Below, one piece after another: positions 6,117 through 15,127 of a DNA stretch of 20,000 bases (positions within the stretch are counted from its first letter, which is position 1; every line of letters starts with the position of its first letter). Both the position numbers and the translations under genes were made by a program. Source of the DNA: an uncultured virus (IMG/VR IMGVR_UViG_3300042391_000264) (Duplodnaviria; Heunggongvirae; Uroviricota; Caudoviricetes); IMG/VR virus record IMGVR_UViG_3300042391_000264; one strand, 5' to 3'. A model generated the notes under the pieces. The model did no database searches. It was not told the DNA's origin and saw only the letters and a list, made by a program, of their open reading frames with translations.

Positions 6117-6141
6117 AAATAAAAAGGGGGCCGAAGCCCCC
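6117..6141 (-). terminator. Intrinsic terminator after the major capsid gene
   Basis: Minus strand GGGGGC-TTCG-GCCCCC-TTTTTATTT; same core as the hairpin at 5428-5441. Confidence 0.85.
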
Positions 6142-6178
6142 TCTCGCATAGCCCGTTTGTGGCGAGCTACTGGTTCGT

Positions 6179-7096
6179 TTAGGTCGAACCGGACGAGCCG
6201 AACATACCCAATGGGTCTGACCAGCCGAAGCTATAACGCTCGCGGGACTTGTAACGGACATTACCCGTGTCGAAGTCACCATCCATGTTATTAGTCATCG
6301 GTGTACGCACAAAGTGCTTCAAACCGTTAGGCACGTCTGTGCAGATGAACCAAGCGTTGGTGTCAGTCAAATAGTTGTTGACGGTGTAGCCCCCGGGGAT
6401 TGAACCGTTGTTTTTCAACGCATTGATGTCGTTGTCAGCAGTGCCAACACGCAGACCAGTTTCCAACAAGCGAGTAGCAACGAATTGCAACGCGGGTGGA
6501 ACAATCAGCTTACGAGGTTTAGCAGCGATCAACAGACCACGCTCATCCGTCCAAGCAGCGATCTGAATAACGGAGGCTTCCAAAGAAGTCTCGTTCAAAT
6601 CAACTTGGGTCGAAGGAGTGTTGGAGTTAACACCACCGCCTACGGTTGGGTGCGAAGTGCTAAACAAAGGAACGCCATCACCACCGTAATAAGCGGAAGA
6701 GTTGGTGAAACCGTTGTTCAGAACAGCCGCAGCCTTGGTCTGCTTGGTATACGCCATAGCGCGAGCCAAAGACTTGGTGTAGCGTGAAGACAAGCTGTCG
6801 TACAGATTATCTTCAATCGCTTCTTCAGTAATACTGAAGCCAAGGGCGATGGTTTCGTGCGTGTAGCGGGTAGAGAAAGCTTCCTGCGCGTTGTCATAAG
6901 CGATGGCAGAACCCTCACTCTTGACAGGTGCAGCACCAAAGCCGGACAGCTTGGTTTCTTCCTCAAAGGAACGCTCAGAGGTTTCAGTCTCGTAGATTTC
7001 CTTGTGTTGCTCACCGTAGCGAGCGTACTCCATGCCAAACAAAGCATTCAATCCGGGGAGGAGTTCTTTAAGTAGTTGTGCGCGTGAAATAGCCAT
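6179..7096 (-). CDS. Major capsid protein (Mu gpT-like, HK97 fold), 305 aa
   Basis: MAISRAQLLKELLPGLNALFG...ITEEAIEDNLY...GGDGVPLFSTSHP...LIVPPALQF...RERYSFGWSDP. AAGGAG SD, strong downstream terminator, located after the scaffold and cement genes. Confidence 0.92.
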   Translation of the reverse strand: MAISRAQLLKELLPGLNALFGMEYARYGEQHKEIYETETSERSFEEETKLSGFGAAPVKSEGSAIAYDNAQEAFSTRYTHETIALGFSITEEAIEDNLYDSLSSRYTKSLARAMAYTKQTKAAAVLNNGFTNSSAYYGGDGVPLFSTSHPTVGGGVNSNTPSTQVDLNETSLEASVIQIAAWTDERGLLIAAKPRKLIVPPALQFVATRLLETGLRVGTADNDINALKNNGSIPGGYTVNNYLTDTNAWFICTDVPNGLKHFVRTPMTNNMDGDFDTGNVRYKSRERYSFGWSDPLGMFGSSGST

Positions 7097-7107
7097 GATT
7101 TAGCTCC

Positions 7108-7725
7108 TTACAAACCGACGTTGTTTAAATACGAGTGAGCACTGGGGTTGAACTTAACCAACACATCAGTGAACGCATCGCCGATTGCCGAGAAGCCTTG
7201 AACCTCAACAAAGCCCACAATACGGAAAGCCGCAGCAGTGGTTTGCACTGTAGCGTCCAAAGCGCTGGTTGAGTTACCAGTTGTAGTGGAACCTGTGCTG
7301 GTGCTTTGTACAGCGGCAAAGAAGGTGTTAGTGCCCAAAACGGATTGAGCGCCAGAACCATCTAGCTGTGCTTGGAACGCAACGCTTGGGTCAGTAATAA
7401 CCTTAGCTGTTACCACACCGGTTGTGCCGGAGGGGTAGTACTGAGAGTTAATCACTTGACCTTGTGCATTGACGTACTGGCAACCGACGAAAACGCCGAT
7501 CGCACCGATGCCGCTGCCGCCAAGGTTGTTGGTCGTAATGTCGGCACCAGTGGCGGTAGAGATGGCTAAATAGCCGTCCGCGCCAATAATGACCACCTGA
7601 CCATAGAAAATATTGGTGGCTTCGCCAGCAGGGTCAATCAGAAAAGTCTGAGTTGCACCAGCATAAGGCATGCCATCAATACGGTTAATGGGACGTAGCC
7701 CATAGGGAGAAGCTGTAGCTGCCAT
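7108..7725 (-). CDS. Head cement/decoration-type protein (205 aa)
   Basis: PYGLRP...IFYGQVV...GVFVGCQY...DP...F.AQ motif pattern; AGGAG SD; immediately upstream of the capsid gene. Confidence 0.75.
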   Translation of the reverse strand: MAATASPYGLRPINRIDGMPYAGATQTFLIDPAGEATNIFYGQVVIIGADGYLAISTATGADITTNNLGGSGIGAIGVFVGCQYVNAQGQVINSQYYPSGTTGVVTAKVITDPSVAFQAQLDGSGAQSVLGTNTFFAAVQSTSTGSTTTGNSTSALDATVQTTAAAFRIVGFVEVQGFSAIGDAFTDVLVKFNPSAHSYLNNVGL

Positions 7726-7742
7726 TTAATGACTCCTAAAAT

Positions 7743-8207
7743 TTATGTACCAGAACCGAAAGTGACTTTCGACTTTTTATCGACGATCATCGCCATATTA
7801 GATCGAGCGTCTCTATCACGGAGAAAAGTGTTGTCCACTGATTCCATCTGCATTCTGTTCTTTTCATCGTAGTGTTTCATACGTTGTACCAAAAACTCAG
7901 ACGGGATGCGGCAGAGCAACAAACCACCCACTTCAATCGTTCCTTTAAAACGACCTTCAGTGGAAGCGTGCATCATGAGCTCAGGATAATCCTCTGCTTT
8001 GCAGGGTTCGTATCCTTCGCGTAACTTCGACGAAATGTTGCCCGGATCAGCTACACCCATAGTGCTTGTACGTACCCAACGGTGCGTCCAATCAGGTCGA
8101 GGGTCGGGTGATGGCAGAGTTTCAGGCGCACGCCACATCTGTGGGCGCAGCATTTCTACTCTGGTTTCAGAATCACGACTCTTACGGTTTTGTGTTTGCT
8201 GTTCCAT
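7743..8207 (-). CDS. Conserved head-module hypothetical protein (154 aa)
   Basis: W.P...LP.P.P...W.HRWVR...N...KLREGYEP...GGLLLCRIP. Stop/start overlap with the scaffold gene. Confidence 0.85.
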   Translation of the reverse strand: MEQQTQNRKSRDSETRVEMLRPQMWRAPETLPSPDPRPDWTHRWVRTSTMGVADPGNISSKLREGYEPCKAEDYPELMMHASTEGRFKGTIEVGGLLLCRIPSEFLVQRMKHYDEKNRMQMESVDNTFLRDRDARSNMAMIVDKKSKVTFGSGT

Positions 8208-9205
8208 TATTCATTCCTTCTAAGTAAAGCAACCTGTTTTGCGTATTCTTCTACTGACACCCCAATACGGCGAGCTATCGCCACTTCGGATGCCTTTAAC
8301 CGAATACGGTTAGGTGGTGTGCTCCGGGTGGCAGGTGCCACAACGGAACTTGGCTTTGTTGCACGGCGCGTGGTTTCATCCTCGTAAGCCGGTTCTGACC
8401 TCTTTCTAGGAGGCGGGTCATATTCTTCCTCGTCGCTCTGAACATCTTCAAAATGCTCAGGAAATCTTTTACGCATGGTGCGGTCGATTGTTTTGAAGTA
8501 ATCTGTGCTACCAATATATTCGACACCATACTCGCGTTGTAATTTCTTGTCAAGCCCCAGTGCGGCAGACGTCATTTCTTCATCTTTACCCCACCAATCG
8601 CTGTTGTTTTCTATCCAACGTTGCGTCCGTGGGTTGACCTTCGGCGCAGTGTCAACTGGAGCTTTAAACTCTCGCTCTTCTATCTCAATAGGCTTCATAT
8701 CAGACGTACGCTCTATTTTGAGCGTTGCCCGCGTAATTTCTGCCTGTGCGTCGGCCAACTCGTCCGGGTCCGCAGAGTCGTAGGCTTCTTTGTACTTCTT
8801 CTTGGCGGCGACCAGCGCAGCGGCTGCTGCCTCCTGTGAAGTCTCAATATACGCCTTGCTCCCAGTAGAGAGCTGCTGTTGAAGTTTCTTGTTCTCCTCG
8901 AGAACCTGTCGGGCGTACGTCTCAGCTGCTTCCCGCTCTCGCAGGGCTTCTTCTTTGGCGCGTCGCTCGTCGTGATATCCACGGGTAAACTTCTTGATAC
9001 GGGCTTGGACTTTCTCGTCATAAGTAGCGAGTTCGTCCTCCGTGGGCTCCTCCACCGGCTCCCTCATGGGCTTGCGACCACGATCTTGTACGGGGGTATC
9101 GTCCTCAATTTCTATATCAAGTTTGTCCTCTTCAGCAGCAGCTTTCGCCTGCTTAGTTTCCTTTTCATCAGGAAACTCATAGTCATCATCAAATTTTGTT
9201 GCCAT
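8207..9205 (-). CDS. Putative capsid scaffolding protein (332 aa)
   Basis: Acidic N-terminus, long coiled coil, C-terminal helix pair (IRLKASEVAIARRIGVSVEEYAKQ); AAGGAG SD; between portal and capsid. Confidence 0.75.
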   Translation of the reverse strand: MATKFDDDYEFPDEKETKQAKAAAEEDKLDIEIEDDTPVQDRGRKPMREPVEEPTEDELATYDEKVQARIKKFTRGYHDERRAKEEALREREAAETYARQVLEENKKLQQQLSTGSKAYIETSQEAAAAALVAAKKKYKEAYDSADPDELADAQAEITRATLKIERTSDMKPIEIEEREFKAPVDTAPKVNPRTQRWIENNSDWWGKDEEMTSAALGLDKKLQREYGVEYIGSTDYFKTIDRTMRKRFPEHFEDVQSDEEEYDPPPRKRSEPAYEDETTRRATKPSSVVAPATRSTPPNRIRLKASEVAIARRIGVSVEEYAKQVALLRRNE

Positions 9206-9215
9206 GATTTACTCC

Positions 9216-9629
9216 TTACGATGCACGCGTAATACCACGCGGGTCTTCCACAACTGCTTCAACCGAGTCATCGTTGATGATCCGGAATTCACGGCCATGA
9301 ATTTTCAGGCGAGTTCCTGAATTTGGTCGGACGATGACAAAGTCACCTTCCTTGCACGACGGCCCACTGGGGAACCGGGTTTTGTCTGCGTATGCGTCAG
9401 GGCCCAACTTCACGACGAACAGAACAGGGGTAAGCACCTCTTCATACATCATGGATTGGCTGGACTTTACGATGCCTACTTCACTATTAGCGAACGCCTC
9501 CATAGCTTCGGGGACTACGCAAAGAAGCATAAATCTCTTCGGATCAGGCAGTTGCTTCGCCTTCTCCTCAGCTGATTCGTTCAGAATCCCCGAAAGGTCT
9601 ACCGCAGCGACATTAAAATCAGTCATCAC
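9216..9629 (-). CDS. groES: GroES/Cpn10-like co-chaperonin
   Basis: GIV mobile-loop segment, VVKLGPDAY, CKEGDFVIV, GTRLKIHGREFRIINDDSVEAVV. Start is GTG 9629 or ATG 9626. Confidence 0.88.
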   Translation of the reverse strand: MMTDFNVAAVDLSGILNESAEEKAKQLPDPKRFMLLCVVPEAMEAFANSEVGIVKSSQSMMYEEVLTPVLFVVKLGPDAYADKTRFPSGPSCKEGDFVIVRPNSGTRLKIHGREFRIINDDSVEAVVEDPRGITRAS

Positions 9630-9816
9630 TCATCTCCGATCTTTGCACAAGGTCTTTGATTATGGATTCTGCATGGGTCAGACCCCGGATAACCCCGCAG
9701 ACATGACGGTACTCGTCAAAACTTTTCGCACCACCGTTTGATAGGTGGGATACCTGATCGTCACGGAGCTTATTAATCTCCTTGACTGTTATGGATAAGA
9801 GTATGTGATCGCTCAA
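9619..9816 (-). CDS. Small helical hypothetical protein (65 aa)
   Basis: TTG start with an AAGGA SD; L..GGAKSFDEYRHVCGVIRGL; overlaps the portal stop and the groES start. Confidence 0.8.
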   Translation of the reverse strand: MSDHILLSITVKEINKLRDDQVSHLSNGGAKSFDEYRHVCGVIRGLTHAESIIKDLVQRSEMSDD

Positions 9817-12299
9817 TTTTTATCCTTTCTAGTAGACCTAGTGTCGTACTGGCGCTGTTGCATGGACATTTGAGCGCGATGTTTGGCAGCGTCAATCCCC
9901 ATACGAACCCCTTCCGACTCCATCTGCTGTTTGAGTTTGTCTCGCGCAGCGGCTGCTGTTGCCCCCACCTGCATGGCCGCGATCTCTTTCTGAGACTCAA
10001 TCCGAGCCCGCTCAATCTCAAGCTGATCGGCCTTAGCTGCTGCCTCGGTCTGCATCTTCTGCTGCTTGAGCTGGAGCTCACCCTGCTTGATCTGGAGTTC
10101 TTGCATCTGCATCTGAACAATCGGGTCTTGCATTTGTTGCTGCGCCTGCTGTTGTTTGGCTTCCTGTTGATCACGCTGCAAGAGAATGGCGGACGCCTTC
10201 GCAGACATCATGGCAATCTGATCGGCCATCTCCGGTGAAATTTCTTTGTTGGCCTCTTCACCCGGCAACGGTGTACCCAACTGCATCTCCACCTGCTTGC
10301 GGTACTCAAACGCAATATGCTCGTTGATGTGCGCCATCGCAGCAGCCTGAATGGCCTGCGCCTGCGGGTTCATCTGCATCAGCTGCATGATCTTCGGATT
10401 CTGCATCGCAGCCATGTGGACTTGGATGTGCGCCTCATGGTTCTGCTGGATGAACGCTTTGACCGGCTTGCCAATCAGCAAGTTCTGATTCTCCTGCACT
10501 GGGTCTTGCGGCACCGCATCATCTTCGATCGGCACAAGCTTGCTCGCGTTCTTGATACCAAGAATCTCAATCATCTGACGGTGCAACACAGGTAGGTTGT
10601 ACAACTGCGGCGCTGTCTGCGCCAGCTGGAGCACAGCCTGATACTGCACAATCTTCTGCGCCATCGTGGCAGCGTTCGGATCAGACACAGGGATCACGTC
10701 CACCATGTCGTAGTCTTCCTTACGGGCGGAGCGACGCGCATCCACTGGCTCGTAGTCGTAGTCCTCTGGGCAGTAGTCAGCGATGATTACCTTGAGCAGC
10801 TTGAACTCCTGCTTCATGGCAAAGTGCAAGCGAGACTGAACAGCCGTCATCACCTTGAGCGTGCGCTCCAGAATCGCCAGCGTAGTGCCGACCGGAGCTT
10901 GCGAGCCCATGTCGCTGACCTTCATATCACCAGAGGAGGCGAACGCCCGGCCCTCTTGGACGATGTTCTGGAACAGCGCATACAGAACCTGACTTGGCTC
11001 CTTGTACGGCAACGGCAAGATGTTGTCGCGGATTGAACCGCTTGGCACATCTACATCTCGGAACTCGCCGGGGGCAATCGGTGTGTCATCACCTTTAATG
11101 CGAAGCCCGCGTGATTTAAGACCCCCGGGGAGATTTGACAGAGTGCCTGCATCAACCAATTGGCGGATGAGCATGGTAGCGGACTTAGCGTAACCTCCAA
11201 TGAGATGGATAAGACCGTATCCGTAGAACCCAAATCCGGGAATGTACTGATAGTGAACAAAATGTTGTCGCTTGAGGTGGAGTTTGTCTCCTTCATACCA
11301 ATTCCTCCGTATGGCCAAGATTTTGTTAGTACCTTTCTCAACCGTAATCACGTAAGGTAGGGCGATGCCCGTCATCTCACCCTTCTTATTAGTATGCTCA
11401 AACCCCTTGAGGTCCAAGTCCACATTCATTTCTAATAGTCTAAACCTATCATCATGCAGCGCCGATAGCCCCATCTCTTCGGCCTTCTGCTTCTCAATGT
11501 CGTCCAGCTGGTGCGTCGGCTCGCCGATATCTACGTCCATGTAGAACCCAGCCTCCATGAGCTTAGTGATCTCGTTCTTGGTCTTACGCATAACGTGCGT
11601 AACCCGCTCCGCGCCCTCAAGACTCGACGCACCGTAGGGCACCACGATATCTTCAGCGGGAATAAACACAGCAACTTGGCGACCCTTGGCCGGATCGTAG
11701 TACACCTTCTTGAACGCGCTGCCCGTGATGGGCAACGACCACAACATCTTCTCGTGCTCTGGCCGGTACTCAGTCATCACCTCAGTGAGCTGATAGTTCA
11801 TATCTTCACGAACTCGCGCTGCGGCTTCTTCACGCATGCGGTCAACAGCGCCAACGATCTGGGTCTTCACCGGGCCTTGCGCCGGGAACGTCTCCATCAT
11901 CGCTTCGGACTGGAACCGAACAACTGACTCAGTGAGCATAGGATGGAACACACCGCAGGCCCCGTTCCAAGGCTCTGTGCGCTCTTCATACTTCAAGCCC
12001 AACAACTTCAGGCCATCTACGTAAGTCTGCATCCAGTCTTTACGATCGCCGATGTCTTTGTCGAACTCCTCAACCAGCTCAGCACCAAGTGAGTCAATAA
12101 CATCTGCGTCAATGTACTCAGCCAAGTTGGCATCAAACGTATCCGCAGTTTCTTTGGCGGGCTTAAGATCAATCTCAAGACCGTCCATGCCAATACTTAC
12201 TGACTCCGGGTCTTCGATCTCAATCTCGATCTCCGGCGCAACGTTGTCGATCTGGTCAAGACCCTCGGGCGCGGCGTATAAACCTTTGCTGATTGCCAT
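9813..12299 (-). CDS. Portal protein (P22 gp1-like), 828 aa
   Basis: Directly after terL; HPMLTE, GSAFKKVYYD, GFYGYG and QLVDAGTLSNLPGG motifs; Gln-rich C-terminal coiled coil like the P22 portal barrel. Confidence 0.9.
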   Translation of the reverse strand: MAISKGLYAAPEGLDQIDNVAPEIEIEIEDPESVSIGMDGLEIDLKPAKETADTFDANLAEYIDADVIDSLGAELVEEFDKDIGDRKDWMQTYVDGLKLLGLKYEERTEPWNGACGVFHPMLTESVVRFQSEAMMETFPAQGPVKTQIVGAVDRMREEAAARVREDMNYQLTEVMTEYRPEHEKMLWSLPITGSAFKKVYYDPAKGRQVAVFIPAEDIVVPYGASSLEGAERVTHVMRKTKNEITKLMEAGFYMDVDIGEPTHQLDDIEKQKAEEMGLSALHDDRFRLLEMNVDLDLKGFEHTNKKGEMTGIALPYVITVEKGTNKILAIRRNWYEGDKLHLKRQHFVHYQYIPGFGFYGYGLIHLIGGYAKSATMLIRQLVDAGTLSNLPGGLKSRGLRIKGDDTPIAPGEFRDVDVPSGSIRDNILPLPYKEPSQVLYALFQNIVQEGRAFASSGDMKVSDMGSQAPVGTTLAILERTLKVMTAVQSRLHFAMKQEFKLLKVIIADYCPEDYDYEPVDARRSARKEDYDMVDVIPVSDPNAATMAQKIVQYQAVLQLAQTAPQLYNLPVLHRQMIEILGIKNASKLVPIEDDAVPQDPVQENQNLLIGKPVKAFIQQNHEAHIQVHMAAMQNPKIMQLMQMNPQAQAIQAAAMAHINEHIAFEYRKQVEMQLGTPLPGEEANKEISPEMADQIAMMSAKASAILLQRDQQEAKQQQAQQQMQDPIVQMQMQELQIKQGELQLKQQKMQTEAAAKADQLEIERARIESQKEIAAMQVGATAAAARDKLKQQMESEGVRMGIDAAKHRAQMSMQQRQYDTRSTRKDKN

Positions 12300-12308
12300 G
12301 TTAATTCC

Positions 12309-13850
12309 TTAAACTGTATAAAAACGTTCGCGCTTATGACTTTTGAACCAATGAATCTCTTCTGGTTCGTCAATGGGCAAACGAAAAAACCCACCCTGCC
12401 TAAATCTCATCAACGCGAGTGTGGTCGCATCAACCAAGTCATCGTGCTCACCTGACGGGAACGCTGCGACTTCATCAACCAATTCTTCGGCCCAGCGCGT
12501 TCTGGGTATCCATACCTTGCCAGACGCGATTATGTCTGACACTGAGTTCAAGCGGGCGATTTTGTCTTGGCCCCTACTTGGCGTGTATTCTTGCACCGGA
12601 ATCCCCATAGCCCGCAAGTCGTAGATCAGCGGCGCACCAGACGCCTTCTTCTCCACAATCAGGGCATCCGGCTCGTAGTCGTTGTACTCTTTGAGCACAT
12701 CCTTCTTGAGCTCCGGAAACTCCACCCGTTTCTTGTAAGTATTTAGTAAGATGATATTTGGCCTATTACCATCCTTGGGGTTATCAAAAACCCCCCACGT
12801 CGTGCTGGCGGAATAGTCCGCCCGCTGAGTCTTCTCAAACGCCGTATCCCAGCTCTGCAAGATAAAGTCACACTGCGGCGGTTCCTCTTCTTCCCACCAC
12901 TGCCACCAATCGCGCTTAATAATCGCCGCCTCATTACCCACCGGGTTCTGCTGGTACTGAGCCTGCCACTTGGAGTTGGGCAACTCCTCCTGCAACGCCG
13001 ACAACTCCTCCAACGACCAGAACTCTGGCCACAGCGGCAAACCCGAGGGCATGATGGCCGGGAACTCAATGACTTCCCACTGCTCTCCACCCCTTCCGGC
13101 AGCAGCTTTGAGCACCTGCCCGGTCAAATCACGCTGCGCCCACCGGGTCATCACGATTACGATCGCCCCTCCCGGCTGCAAACGCTGGCGCGGGCCGGAC
13201 GTGTACCACTCGTACACCTTATCGAACACATCTGGGTTGGATGCAGCTAGCGCAGCCTCCTGCTCAGAGTGCGGATCGTCAATAATCAGCAGGTCAGCGC
13301 CCTTACCGGTCACCGTACCGCCCACACCGATCGCAAAATAGTCGCCGCCCTTGCTGGTATTCCACCGGCCAGCCGCTTTTGAGTCCGCTCGGAGCTCTAA
13401 AGCAGGGAAAAGTTCCCTATAAGCCTCCGAGTCCACCAAATTTCGTACCTTCCGGCCAAAACCTGTCGCTAATTCAGCCGTATTGGAGCTCTGAATCACT
13501 TTTTTGTTCGGAAATCTGCCCAGAAACCATGCGGGCAGCAGATATGAGGCAAATTCTGACTTGGTATGCCGGGGCGGCATGTTGATAATCAGCCTTTTAC
13601 ACTCCCCGGAGGCCACTCGCTCAAACGCCTTGGCCATAATCTTGTGGTGACGCCCGCCAATGAAGTCCGGCCACACCTTTTCCACGAATCCCATGTACGT
13701 GGTGCGGGCCAACTCCTTCTCCATCATCTTCTCGCGGCGATCTAAGTCCTCCAAGATCAACATCTTCTTGGCGTCGGGCAACTTATCGAGCTGGCTCAAG
13801 AGAAGTTTCATCTCCTCATCAAGCGCCATCGTAGTTTGCTCAGGTCTCAT
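12309..13850 (-). CDS. terL: Terminase large subunit (about 513 aa)
   Basis: Walker A-type INMPPRHTKS, Walker B LLIIDDP, coupling motif VMTRW, nuclease motifs SWDTA and HDDLVDA. Start moved to ATG 13850 (AGGA SD); ATG 13829 is an alternative. Confidence 0.95.
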   Translation of the reverse strand: MRPEQTTMALDEEMKLLLSQLDKLPDAKKMLILEDLDRREKMMEKELARTTYMGFVEKVWPDFIGGRHHKIMAKAFERVASGECKRLIINMPPRHTKSEFASYLLPAWFLGRFPNKKVIQSSNTAELATGFGRKVRNLVDSEAYRELFPALELRADSKAAGRWNTSKGGDYFAIGVGGTVTGKGADLLIIDDPHSEQEAALAASNPDVFDKVYEWYTSGPRQRLQPGGAIVIVMTRWAQRDLTGQVLKAAAGRGGEQWEVIEFPAIMPSGLPLWPEFWSLEELSALQEELPNSKWQAQYQQNPVGNEAAIIKRDWWQWWEEEEPPQCDFILQSWDTAFEKTQRADYSASTTWGVFDNPKDGNRPNIILLNTYKKRVEFPELKKDVLKEYNDYEPDALIVEKKASGAPLIYDLRAMGIPVQEYTPSRGQDKIARLNSVSDIIASGKVWIPRTRWAEELVDEVAAFPSGEHDDLVDATTLALMRFRQGGFFRLPIDEPEEIHWFKSHKRERFYTV

Positions 13851-14598
13851 AAGGCTTTTCCTGCTCGGCGGGCTCGGCGGGCTCAACTTCCTCGACCATA
13901 GGCAACTTGAGTCCCAACTCTTCGTCGATGTCGATGTCAATCGCGCTGGTATTCGCACCATGCGCCAGCAGCATCTTACGCACCTTATCCTTGATGGCCT
14001 TATCAAGATCGGCAACTGAGCCGTAGTTGATAGTAATCTCAGTCTTCTCCGTGAAGAGGCCCACATCGCTGATCTTGCCCAACATCTCTGTGGCCTTGAT
14101 CTCAATACGCGGGTCGCCACACATAGACAAATCCAACAACTTGTTGGTAATCACCATACGTAGCTCAGATACATCGGCCACCGTATGGGCGTTGTACTCA
14201 TTGAGCATGGAGCGGATCCGCTCCGCAACATTGCCTTCATATAACTTGGGTGGATTTACGGGCGTGTCCTCGGCCAGCGGATATTTCCTCGGCCTACCGG
14301 GCTTGCGCTTAGTCGGCGCTTCGGGGGACATCGCTTCTTCAAACTGTTGCTTTGCCTTCTGGGCAAACGCTTGAAACACTTTGTCAGCAACGGCCTGATC
14401 GTCAGTGTCTTGCTCGTCTGAGGAAGTAGAGAAACCTGATTCTTCTAATAAGCTCTGCCCGCTGTGCCCGCGCAGTCCTTCTAGGAGCGCAGCAGTGTCG
14501 CCCGCTATCTGCATGTTCTCACGCAAAGTCGTTGCTGCCTCCGGAACTAGATCGGTAGGTAGCGGCGTTAGTTTGTCTGGCTCAATATGTAGAGTCAT
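13840..14598 (-). CDS. Putative terminase small subunit with an AT-hook (about 252 aa)
   Basis: First gene of the late operon, overlapping terL; KRKPGRPRK; IKATEMLGKISDVGLFTEKTEI resembles terS C-termini. Start is uncertain (ATG 14598 or GTG 14616). Confidence 0.65.
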   Translation of the reverse strand: MTLHIEPDKLTPLPTDLVPEAATTLRENMQIAGDTAALLEGLRGHSGQSLLEESGFSTSSDEQDTDDQAVADKVFQAFAQKAKQQFEEAMSPEAPTKRKPGRPRKYPLAEDTPVNPPKLYEGNVAERIRSMLNEYNAHTVADVSELRMVITNKLLDLSMCGDPRIEIKATEMLGKISDVGLFTEKTEITINYGSVADLDKAIKDKVRKMLLAHGANTSAIDIDIDEELGLKLPMVEEVEPAEPAEQEKPYET

Positions 14599-14631
14599 GG
14601 AGGAAAAGTAGGGCACTCCAGTAATGCGCGA

Positions 14632-14640
14632 AATATAACA
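14632..14640 (-). promoter_or_regulatory. Extended -10 promoter candidate for the late operon
   Basis: Minus strand TG-T-TATATT in an AT-rich patch about 35 nt upstream of the terS start. Confidence 0.4.
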
Positions 14641-14649
14641 TAAAAAATA

Positions 14650-14930
14650 TACTACCCCCCTATAAATTTTTGGGACTCCTACCGGGGGGTGTTTCCGGCA
14701 AGTAAAAATAAGTGTGGTCTAGCCGGAAACGAAAGGGGGTGGGGGGGGTCAACGTATGCACCCAAATTTATCTCGCCCGCTGTGCAAAACACTGTGTATG
14801 TTCCGTACCTCCTTTCCGGTGCGAAATAGGGTGGTGGGGTGGTCTTTCCGGAGCGAAACGATTTTAGTTTGGGGGTATGGCCGGAGAAAGGTCGAATTTT
14901 TTTTCGTCAACCTATGCTGAAAGAACCGGA
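14650..14930. repeat. G-tract and TTCCGG repeat region upstream of terS
   Basis: Inverted repeat GTTTCCGGC (14691-14699)/GCCGGAAAC (14722-14730); direct repeat CTTTCCGG(T/A)GCGAAA at 14812-14826 and 14844-14858; G-run GGGGGTGGGGGGGG at 14735-14748. Confidence 0.6.
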
Positions 14931-15020
14931 GATTACCATAAGCTCTCACTATCCTATGCGTTGACATAGGCCATTGACTGCGTTAGTCGCTGTGGGGAAT
15001 ACACCTAAATTCTGTGGGTT

Positions 15021-15029
15021 TGATATAGT
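15021..15029 (+). promoter_or_regulatory. Extended -10 promoter candidate for the early gene at 15128
   Basis: TG-A-TATAGT, followed by a 5' hairpin CAGAGC-GTTGCG-GCTCTG (15041-15058). Confidence 0.4.
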
Positions 15030-15127
15030 TAATCCATGGACAGAGCGTTGCGGCTCTGCCCTGAACAAAGGAACATTTTGTCTGTTTGTTCGGCGCTTAT
15101 GCCAAAACCTTTATTGGAGAAAATGCT

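Noticed and set aside
9900..10450. CAG/CTG-rich stretch as a tandem repeat element
   Set aside because: It is explained by the Gln/Met/Ala-rich coiled coil at the portal C-terminus.
13851..14120. 90-aa N-terminal extension of terL in the ORF track
   Set aside because: It lies wholly within the terS frame and has atypical composition; ATG 13850 has an SD and a normal short overlap.
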